The notes below the pieces were generated by a model. That model did no database searches. It was not told the origin of the DNA and was given only the letters and a program-made list of their open reading frames with translations. From Parcubacteria group bacterium (GTDB taxonomy: Bacteria > Patescibacteriota > Minisyncoccia > UBA10092), in assembly GCA_016188835.1 (NCBI GenBank), contig JACPHB010000010.1, forward strand, positions 1-54,194: 54,194 bases of DNA, written 5' to 3'. Within the stretch, counting starts at the first letter, position 1; every line of letters starts with the position of its first letter. Below are positions 34,321-41,745 of this stretch, piece by piece. Position numbers and translations under genes: made by a program.

Positions 34321-34395
34321 AATTTTAGCATATTGTTTAATTTTTGAAAAATAAAAAAACGGCTTGATATTATCGCGCCGCTCAAAACATTAATA

Positions 34396-34611
34396 TTAAT
34401 CGAAAAGCCGTTTATTTCCGGTAAACCACATTGGCAATGTATATAGTAAAAAGAACAGAATACTAGGCCAGATTGCTGGTGAGTAACCATCAAGCCATGA
34501 GGCTAAAAAGAGAAAGAAAGTTATCATTGTAAGTGGCGATAAAAACACCAGAATCGCCCAAATATTAAAAAGTGGACCATTATAGATAGCAATGGTTCTT
34601 GGTGTTTCCAT
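34396..34611 (-). CDS. Small two-TM membrane protein (71 aa)
   Basis: It has two hydrophobic helices. A strong GGAGG Shine-Dalgarno sequence lies about 9 nt upstream of the ATG. Confidence 0.55.
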   Translation of the reverse strand: METPRTIAIYNGPLFNIWAILVFLSPLTMITFFLFLASWLDGYSPAIWPSILFFLLYTLPMWFTGNKRLFD

Positions 34612-34717
34612 TATTTATTTTCCTCCGTTTTTAAATAACAATTATATAGGCTTCTGCTACTTGTCCCTATGACAAGTGCCGATAGTCCTGATAACACTTA
34701 TAACACAAAACAAATAG

Positions 34718-35893
34718 TCAGTCAATAATCCCGCCGCCAAGCATTTCCTTGCCATCCGAAGCTTTAGCGAAGGAGGGGCCACTCCTTAAAGAATAGAAAA
34801 CCGCGCTTTGGCCGGGAGTGACAGCTCTTTGCGGCTCTTTAAATTGAATAACGAATTTTGAATTATAAATTATGGTTTTATTCTTAATTCCTGATTCATA
34901 ATTCATGATTCGTGCTTCTTGCAATGGTTGGCGATAACGAATACGTGCAAGGCAATTCAGCGGTAATTTCGGCAGTTTTCCCGAAATCCAGTTGATGTTT
35001 TTTACCATTAACTTATTTGCAAATAAATTTTCATCCTTGCCTTCGGCCACAAAAATAATATTGGTTTTTAAGTCCTTTGCCGCGACATAATAAATTTTTC
35101 CCTGTTCGCCAGGCAAACTGCCTTTAATGCCAATCCCCCTTCTTTGGCCGATGGTGTAAAAAACCGTGCCATCATGCGTGCCAATAATTTTTCCATTAAG
35201 ATTTTTAATCGGCCCCGGATTTTTTCCAAGTTTTTCTTTTAAAAACCCCGCAACATTAATTTCACCGACAAAACAAACGCCTTGCGAGTCGGGTTTTTCA
35301 GCCGTCGGCAATTTATATTTTTTAGCGATTGCCCGTACTTGCGGTTTGGTGTAATCGCCAATCGGAAAAAGGCAATGTTTTAATTGCCCTTGAGTTAAAG
35401 TCCATAAAAAATAACTCTGGTCTTTATTTAGATCTTTTGCAATTTTTAATTTACAATTTGAAAATTGAGATTTGGAAATTGGAAATTCCCGCTGCAGGCG
35501 GGTGTAGTGTCCGGTAGCGATATAATCCGCTCCTAATTCAAGCGTTTTTTTTAAAAACAAGCCGAATTTAATTTCCCGGTTGCACATTACATCAGGGTTG
35601 GGAGTTCGACCAGCGGCGTATTCGCTGACCATATAATCAACCACGGCTTTTTTAATTTTATTTTCAAAATCAAAAACATAAAAAGGAATGCCTAAAACTC
35701 CGGCAACGCGCCTCGCGTCGGTTGCATCTTCTTCGGCGCAGTTTACCCCGACCGAAGCGTCGGGGCCGCTCCAAGACCACCCTTTCATATAAACTCCAAC
35801 GACATCGTATCCATTTTGTTTTAACAACAAAGCCGCAACGGACGAATCAACGCCACCCGACATCGCGCAAAATATTTTTTTTCGCTTATTCAT
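34718..35893 (-). CDS. mnmA: tRNA 2-thiouridine(34) synthase MnmA. The start is set at Met32 of the track ORF.
   Basis: It has the PP-loop CAMSGGVDSS. The 31 upstream codons translate a terminator hairpin and are rejected. Confidence 0.9.
   Translation of the reverse strand: MNKRKKIFCAMSGGVDSSVAALLLKQNGYDVVGVYMKGWSWSGPDASVGVNCAEEDATDARRVAGVLGIPFYVFDFENKIKKAVVDYMVSEYAAGRTPNPDVMCNREIKFGLFLKKTLELGADYIATGHYTRLQREFPISKSQFSNCKLKIAKDLNKDQSYFLWTLTQGQLKHCLFPIGDYTKPQVRAIAKKYKLPTAEKPDSQGVCFVGEINVAGFLKEKLGKNPGPIKNLNGKIIGTHDGTVFYTIGQRRGIGIKGSLPGEQGKIYYVAAKDLKTNIIFVAEGKDENLFANKLMVKNINWISGKLPKLPLNCLARIRYRQPLQEARIMNYESGIKNKTIIYNSKFVIQFKEPQRAVTPGQSAVFYSLRSGPSFAKASDGKEMLGGGIID
35746..35765. repeat. GC-rich hairpin inside mnmA (ccccga-ccgaagcg-tcgggg)
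   Basis: It has the same loop as the holB and PEGA copies, with compensatory stem changes. It encodes PDASVG. Confidence 0.8.
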
Positions 35894-35935
35894 AGTTGAA
35901 ATATCATGACACATAAAACTAAAAACCGCAAAAAA

Positions 35936-35971
35936 CCCCGCCTGCCTGCGGTAGGCAGGCAAAATGCGGGG
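35936..35971 (-). terminator. Rho-independent terminator after nrdJ, built from the CCTGCC..GGCAGG element
   Basis: The minus strand reads ccccgc-attt-tgcctgcc-taccgc-aggcaggc-gggg followed by TTTTTT. Confidence 0.7.
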
Positions 35972-35979
35972 TATAGAAA

Positions 35980-38376
35980 TTAACAAACATTGTAATCGCA
36001 GTTACTGCAGTGGCTGCAACCTTCTTCGTAAATCAACGTGCCCTGCCGGCATTGCGGGCAGCGATTACCGCGAAGAATCGCAATTTCTTTTTCTTTTATT
36101 TCTTTATCTTCAATAAAGCCAAAATATTTTAGATAAAAATCAATGGCCTTGCTGACACCATCGGCAAGCGATGTAACTTTTTCTTTTCCGAAACCGGAAG
36201 TGCGGCTTCCGCCAATGCCCCTAAGCTGGTCTTTAAGCTGGGTCAGGCGCTCAATCGGTGTTTTAGGCGATTCAATCCGCAAATGTGCTGAAGCCAACCG
36301 CCCCATGGCTTCGGCATCAGCCGCGGCATCGGTTCCTGCCTTGGCAACATTGATAAAAATCTCAAACGGTTCAATCGGTCCGATTTCAATATCATAATTA
36401 ATGGTGACAAAAGCGGCGCCATCGGGTGTTTCCACACGCGTGGTAATGCCATGAGCCGGCTTTGGCCTTGAGCGGATAAAATCTCGGTAATCTAATTTAC
36501 CCTTTTGACTGTTATCAATTCCCACTGTAAGCACTCCGCCTTTGCAGCCATCGCGAAAAACGGTGATCCCAAGGCAAGCGGTTTCATAAGCAAGCCAATA
36601 AATTTTTTCAATATCGGCCGGCGTGGCCGAATTGGGCAGATTAATGGTTTTACTTACTCCATTATCGGTGTTTTTCTGAAAAGCGGACTGGATTTTGACA
36701 TGCCACTCCGGCTTTATCTCATGGGCAGTGATAAAAACTTTCCTCACATCGCCTGGGATGCCGTCTAAATCGCTAATTTGGCCGCGGTTTTTGACTTCTT
36801 CTTCAAGTTTTTCGGAATAAAAACCGCGCTTTTTGGCAACTTCGAGAAATCTTTCAAATCCTGGCTGGATTCGATATAAAATCCGATTTTCAAACTTGTG
36901 AATTTCCGTAAGGCCGTAGAACGGCTCAATGCCGCCGGAACAGCCGGCCAAAATCCTGATTTCACCGGTCGGAGCAATAGTTGTAATGGTGCAATTTCTC
37001 ATCGGTTTATCATCTTTATAAATACTCTTATCCCATAGCGGGAAAGGTCCTCGTTCCGTGGCGAGTTTTTGCGACTCATCGTGGCCAATATCATTGATAA
37101 ATTTTGATACCTGTTCCGCCAGCTTAATAGCATCATTTGACGCGTAGGGCGTATCAAGATAAGTCAACATGTCGGCCCAGCCCATAATGCCAAGGCCAAT
37201 TCGCCGGATTTTATGCGCAAAATCTGTAATTTGAGGAAGCGGATAAGGATTAAGTTCAATGACATTATCCAAAAAGTGAACGGCTAACCTTACGGTTTTT
37301 TCCAATTCATTGAAATTAATTTTGTATTTATCGTTTTCTCTGATTAGAAACTTGGAAAGATTGATAGAACCCAAATTACAAACATCGAAATCAAAAAGCG
37401 GTTGTTCGCCGCAGGGATTGGTCGCGTTAATCATTTTAAGAGATGGAATTGGATTTGCCCGCCATCTGTTGGTTTTATCAATAAACCACAAACCGGGATC
37501 GCCGGTTTCCCACGCCATTTTTACAATGGCATCAAAAACCGTCCTGGCTTTAATCCGAGATACAACCTCGCCACTATGCGGAGCGATTAAATTATATTCT
37601 GCATTATTTCTAACTGCCTCCATAAAAACATCGGTTGCCGCCACGGAAATATTAAAGTTGGCAATTTGCGTATCAAGAAGCGAAGTTCTTAAAAGGTCTA
37701 AAGCGCGCTTGCTGTAAATGAATGGTTTTACGCGTTCATATATTACCTTGTTTTTATCTATTAACATTCCCTTGGACTCGACAAATTCCATGATATCGGG
37801 ATGATGAACATTCATAATCGCCATATTGGCGCCGCGGCGCATACCACCCTGTTTCACAAATTCGGTTGAAGTATTAAATACTTTAAGGAACGAAACGGGG
37901 CCAGATGACCGGCCGCGAGTGGATTTTACAAGCGCGTCTTTCGGCCGCAAAGATGAAAACGAAAAACCGGTTCCACCTCCGGATTTATGGATTATCGCCT
38001 GCCACTTGATGGCATCATAAATTCCATCCATAGAGTCCTCAACTGGAAGGACAAAACAGGCGGAAAACTGCAATCCGTTGCCGGTGCCGGCATTGTAAAT
38101 TGTCGGAGCGTTCGGGAAAAACTTTCTTTCCGCTAAAGTAGCGTAAAATTCTTTTGCCAAATCATTAACTTCGTCGTCGGACTTATTGAATTTTTTATCG
38201 GCGGAAGCTATGTGGTAAGCGACTCGCCAGCACATGCCTTCAACTGTTTCAACTATTTGGCCGTCTCTATCGCGGCGCAAATAACGCTCGTTAATAAGCT
38301 TAAGCGCATCCTCCGTAAAATCGGGAGCAATAAGGCCTTCGGGCATTTGAGCGATATAAACCTTAGTTCGGCTCAT
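35980..38376 (-). CDS. nrdJ: Class II (adenosylcobalamin-dependent) ribonucleotide reductase with a C-terminal Cys-rich zinc ribbon
   Basis: The 798-aa protein has the active-site NPCGEQPL and the C-terminal CPQCRQGTLIYEEGCSHCSNC. Confidence 0.9.
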   Translation of the reverse strand: MSRTKVYIAQMPEGLIAPDFTEDALKLINERYLRRDRDGQIVETVEGMCWRVAYHIASADKKFNKSDDEVNDLAKEFYATLAERKFFPNAPTIYNAGTGNGLQFSACFVLPVEDSMDGIYDAIKWQAIIHKSGGGTGFSFSSLRPKDALVKSTRGRSSGPVSFLKVFNTSTEFVKQGGMRRGANMAIMNVHHPDIMEFVESKGMLIDKNKVIYERVKPFIYSKRALDLLRTSLLDTQIANFNISVAATDVFMEAVRNNAEYNLIAPHSGEVVSRIKARTVFDAIVKMAWETGDPGLWFIDKTNRWRANPIPSLKMINATNPCGEQPLFDFDVCNLGSINLSKFLIRENDKYKINFNELEKTVRLAVHFLDNVIELNPYPLPQITDFAHKIRRIGLGIMGWADMLTYLDTPYASNDAIKLAEQVSKFINDIGHDESQKLATERGPFPLWDKSIYKDDKPMRNCTITTIAPTGEIRILAGCSGGIEPFYGLTEIHKFENRILYRIQPGFERFLEVAKKRGFYSEKLEEEVKNRGQISDLDGIPGDVRKVFITAHEIKPEWHVKIQSAFQKNTDNGVSKTINLPNSATPADIEKIYWLAYETACLGITVFRDGCKGGVLTVGIDNSQKGKLDYRDFIRSRPKPAHGITTRVETPDGAAFVTINYDIEIGPIEPFEIFINVAKAGTDAAADAEAMGRLASAHLRIESPKTPIERLTQLKDQLRGIGGSRTSGFGKEKVTSLADGVSKAIDFYLKYFGFIEDKEIKEKEIAILRGNRCPQCRQGTLIYEEGCSHCSNCDYNVC

Positions 38377-38556
38377 TTTTTTCCTCTTTTTTAAAGATCA
38401 AAAAACAAAAAGTAAAAACACTTTAACATTAAAAAAAATTTTAATCAAATAGAAAAATTGTGGACAAATTGTCACAAAACATATAACATGGAACACGCAA
38501 CATGAAACGCAAAAACATTTATGTTATATGTTACGTGTTATATGTTGTATGAAACT

Positions 38557-39129
38557 ATGTTATCAATAAATGATTTACAAAACGGAATAAATATCGTTTA
38601 TGAAGAAACGCCCTATCAAGTCCTTGAGGTCCTCCATCTTCATATTGGTCGCGGTGGCAGTAGTATCCAGACAAAACTAAAAAATTTAAAAACCGGTGGA
38701 GTTTTAAACCGTAATTTTAAGCCATCCGATGTTTTTGAAGAAGCGGATATTCTAAAACAGAAAGTGAAATATCTTTACAGCCACAGAGATGAATATTGGT
38801 TTTGCGAAGAAAATAACCAAGTAAAACGTTTTAAACTTTCGCAGGAACAAATTGGAAACGCGATTAATTTTTTAAAACCAAATACTGTTGTTGAGGCGCT
38901 TAATTTCAAAGGTGTAATTTTAAATGTAACCTTGCCTATTAAAATGGATTTTAAAGTTATAGAAGCTCCTCCAGCTACCCGCGGCAACACTGCGCAAGGA
39001 GGAACTAAAACCGTCACCATAGAAACCGGCGCTCAAATTAACACTCCCCTTTTTATAAATGAAGGAGATATAATTCGCATCAACACTCAAACCGGAGAAT
39101 ATGCCGAGCGAGTGGAGAAGGGAAAATAA
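38557..39129 (+). CDS. efp: Elongation factor P. The start is set at MLSINDLQNG.
   Basis: It contains HLHIGRGGSSIQTKLKNLKTG and is about 190 aa from 38557. Confidence 0.9.
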   Translation: MLSINDLQNGINIVYEETPYQVLEVLHLHIGRGGSSIQTKLKNLKTGGVLNRNFKPSDVFEEADILKQKVKYLYSHRDEYWFCEENNQVKRFKLSQEQIGNAINFLKPNTVVEALNFKGVILNVTLPIKMDFKVIEAPPATRGNTAQGGTKTVTIETGAQINTPLFINEGDIIRINTQTGEYAERVEKGK

Positions 39130-39239
39130 AAACCGCCTGTGGACAACTTTATTTGTAATGTGCTATACTATTTTCGGTGCTTGGAGGGCCTTGGCCCTGT
39201 CACGGCTATCTAAGCTGTAACCAAACACCACTAAAAAAT

Positions 39240-39259
39240 ACCGCTCTGCGGTGTTTTTT
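39240..39259. terminator. Bidirectional terminator hairpin
   Basis: accgc-tct-gcggt is flanked by A6 upstream and T6 downstream. It serves efp or the sRNA candidate on the plus strand and 39263..39748 on the minus strand. Confidence 0.6.
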
Positions 39260-39262
39260 AGT

Positions 39263-39748
39263 TTAGTCATATTCAAGGTCTCCACTATGTAAAATCCGCC
39301 TACTATTCATTGCGTCAATGCCCCAATGCGGAATAACGCTCCAAAAGTATTTTTCGCCCCCAATAACTTCTTTTACAATTACCTTTATACGAATATTATC
39401 AAGCACTGCAATGAATTCATAAAAAGTTACGCCTTTTAAAACGTGTTCCCAGCGACTGTTTGTCTTCTGGGCTTCAAAACATTTTGTTGACCATACACCT
39501 TGTAGCGTCCGCGACAATTTAATCACTTCGGGAGCATAGTGGATAAGCTTTAGACGACTATATTGATCATTGTGGGATCTCGCTTGTTTGTCTGACTTAA
39601 ATTTTAAGTGCCGCAACCCTTTGGCATTAAAAGCAATGTCACAACTAAAATATGGACAGCGTACTTTGTCGATAGTGGTATAAAATACTTCAGCATCATT
39701 TCGAACCCGTTCAAAATCCTGTTCGTCTTTAAAGTTAAATTTACCCAT
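39263..39748 (-). CDS. Hypothetical protein (161 aa)
   Basis: This is an ORF only. It lies 2 nt downstream of the small basic ORF, and the pair is bracketed by terminators. Confidence 0.55.
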   Translation of the reverse strand: MGKFNFKDEQDFERVRNDAEVFYTTIDKVRCPYFSCDIAFNAKGLRHLKFKSDKQARSHNDQYSRLKLIHYAPEVIKLSRTLQGVWSTKCFEAQKTNSRWEHVLKGVTFYEFIAVLDNIRIKVIVKEVIGGEKYFWSVIPHWGIDAMNSRRILHSGDLEYD

Positions 39749-39750
39749 AT

Positions 39751-39864
39751 TTAATTAGGAGTTGAACGACGATGCTCGTGTATTTTAATTCGTTTGTCTT
39801 TTCCAATCTTGCGCCAGTGAGTACGTACTTCAACAATTTTTTTGCCTTTTTTTGTCTTTGCCAT
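39751..39864 (-). CDS. Very basic 37-aa peptide (MAKTKKGKKIVEVRTHWRKIGKDKRIKIHEHRRSTPN)
   Basis: I shortened the track ORF 39751..39936 because the upstream 24 codons cover the terminator hairpin at 39916..39930. Confidence 0.4.
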   Translation of the reverse strand: MAKTKKGKKIVEVRTHWRKIGKDKRIKIHEHRRSTPN

Positions 39865-39915
39865 ATTTTTAATTTTACTTAATTTGAATAATTTCGGCCT
39901 TTTAACAACAAAAAA

Positions 39916-39930
39916 CGCGGCTTCCCCGCG
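39916..39930 (-). terminator. Terminator closing the ATPase-protease operon
   Basis: The minus strand reads cgcgg-ggaag-ccgcg followed by ttttttgttgtt. Confidence 0.6.
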
Positions 39931-40158
39931 ATTCATTTATGAAACACTGCCGAACAGTGAAACTGTCGGGAAAGTATTTTTCGTGAATCGGAGGAATAAT
40001 GTGAAATTAATAAAGTAAAAATCTTTTAACTAACCCGCCGATTAATTATGTCTCGTTTTGAATTGTATTTTAATTTTATATCAAAAGTATTGCTTGACAC
40101 AATAGCAATTTTTGTTTTGTAATATTTTAGTACACCCAACTTAGATATTTGAGAAATT

Positions 40159-40635
40159 TTAGATGAGGTTATTATTTGATAACTTTAAACCCTGCTTTTC
40201 AAAAAATATTCGCCACCACATGAGACACATTTCTGCTAAAACTAAAGCATCTAGTGATGGATATCCATCTACATGAACCCAACATACCGCCTTGTTTTCT
40301 GCAAAACCCCCAACAGATATGAAAAATTCGGTTGTATCTACGGCTATATTTGAATCAATGGATGGATTTGTAATAGCAAGATGTTTTGATCCGTTGCATA
40401 AATCCCGACATATTTTCATATCGGTATTCGATTCTATAAACCCATCAACAATGTTCTTTTCTAAAACACCAGAGTTGATAATCCAGTCTTTTAAATGAAA
40501 ACAATTTTGAAAGAAAGTGTAGACGACATCCTCCTGATAGTACGTGCTCTGTTCTTGGCCCTTTTTAGTAGAGATTTCTTTTAATCTTTTATACCATCTT
40601 TCTATACGATAAAATTGTTCACTCACTTTGTCCAT
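40159..40635 (-). CDS. Hypothetical cytoplasmic protein (158 aa), last gene of the ATPase operon
   Basis: This is an ORF only. The conserved-looking patches are FFQNCFHLKDWI and RDLCNGSKH. No family is assigned. Confidence 0.55.
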   Translation of the reverse strand: MDKVSEQFYRIERWYKRLKEISTKKGQEQSTYYQEDVVYTFFQNCFHLKDWIINSGVLEKNIVDGFIESNTDMKICRDLCNGSKHLAITNPSIDSNIAVDTTEFFISVGGFAENKAVCWVHVDGYPSLDALVLAEMCLMWWRIFFEKQGLKLSNNNLI

Positions 40636-40666
40636 ATGTATTGACTATAAAAATTTGATTTTTGGA

Positions 40667-41743
40667 TTAATTAACGCCAAAACGACTCATGTCTAAGATT
40701 CTTCCTAATGACTCAACTTGGCCTATGATGCCAAAAGTAGGTATACCGAGATAGCAATTATCCTTTACCAATATAGCCGCACCCCCAGAATTTCCATGAT
40801 CTATTTTAGCGTCTGTAACGTAATATTTTCCTTCGTATCCTGATATTTTACCACTTGTAAGCGTCAGGCCGTATTTACTGCCTATTGCTGGAAACCCCAA
40901 AATTACTACGTCATCTCCGATTTTAACCACATTACGATAACAGATGCTTTTAACTATTGCATTTTTTTCAATAAAATCTAATGATAGTGGATCATTTGTC
41001 AAATTTAGTGTTCTATATTTTGGTTCTATGATCTGAGGTTTTAATATATACTCATCATCATCTGGATCTGTAGAAAGTTTACCTGCAAAAATACCTTGAA
41101 AAGTGACGGCATCGAAACCAATTGTTCCTGTTGGGTTCGTTAAAAAAGAAAGAAAACATAAGTCAGTACCTTCGACTACGTGTTGATTTGTTAATACAAT
41201 ATATTCTCCGTATATATTCTTAAATAATACCCCTGAGCCAGCAGAGCTGAGTTTCCCACCGCTAGCACAATTAACAAATGCTACGGACTTGCTCCAATAA
41301 TCAAATACATCGCTGGTACTATTTATAACTTGTCTTTGATTTGTAGGGTAACTTTGTTGTTGAGTTTGGTCTTGACTAGGCATTGAATTTTCGGCACTTA
41401 GAGTATCAGAAAAAAGAATTTTGTTTATATATCCAGATCCGCTAGATGGATTGCCCCAAGAAACTAAAATCCATTCTGGTAAATTATCGATTTTATCATA
41501 TGGAAGATTAATGAATGTATTTTTTGGATATTGTCCAATAATTTTACAATCTAATCCGGCGCATTCACGAATATTTGCAATGGATTTTAAATAAAATCGT
41601 GTAGTTTCAGATTTTTTAATGTTATTTTCTGGAGTATTGGAAATATTGCTGTAATAACCGGCAATGGAAATTAAGGCAAGAGCAATTAAAAGCCCGACTA
41701 AAATAATACTTGCCTTAAACCAATTTTCTTTTAACCAGTTCAT
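40667..41743 (-). CDS. Membrane-anchored trypsin-fold (S1) serine protease with an SH3b-like N-domain
   Basis: It has an N-terminal TM and an SH3-like segment (ANIRECAGLDCKIIGQYPKNTFINLP..WILVSW). The catalytic His context is LTNQHVVEG and the catalytic Ser context is DHGNSGGAAIL. Confidence 0.75.
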   Translation of the reverse strand: MNWLKENWFKASIILVGLLIALALISIAGYYSNISNTPENNIKKSETTRFYLKSIANIRECAGLDCKIIGQYPKNTFINLPYDKIDNLPEWILVSWGNPSSGSGYINKILFSDTLSAENSMPSQDQTQQQSYPTNQRQVINSTSDVFDYWSKSVAFVNCASGGKLSSAGSGVLFKNIYGEYIVLTNQHVVEGTDLCFLSFLTNPTGTIGFDAVTFQGIFAGKLSTDPDDDEYILKPQIIEPKYRTLNLTNDPLSLDFIEKNAIVKSICYRNVVKIGDDVVILGFPAIGSKYGLTLTSGKISGYEGKYYVTDAKIDHGNSGGAAILVKDNCYLGIPTFGIIGQVESLGRILDMSRFGVN

Positions 41744-41745
41744 TT

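Noticed and set aside
35894-35986. N-terminal 31-codon extension of mnmA (MLISIPRILPAYRRQAGFFAV...)
   Set aside because: It translates the nrdJ terminator hairpin and its T-run. The PP-loop protein starts naturally at MNKRKKIFCAMSGGVDSS (35893).
38377-38520. Cobalamin riboswitch in the nrdJ leader
   Set aside because: The leader is about 140 nt, very AT-rich, and lacks any B12-box-like GC-rich conserved core on the minus strand.
39865-39936. N-terminal extension of the small basic ORF (MNRGEAAFFVVKRPKLFKLSKIKN)
   Set aside because: It overlaps the hairpin plus T-run terminator at 39916..39930. The internal Met at 39864 was preferred, but the gene itself remains low-confidence.
40094-40128. 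Plus-strand promoter-like TTGACA-N18-TGTAAT pointing into the 3' end of gene 40159..40635 (antisense RNA?)
   Set aside because: It is a single imperfect match in AT-rich DNA, with no downstream plus-strand feature or terminator. The evidence is insufficient.
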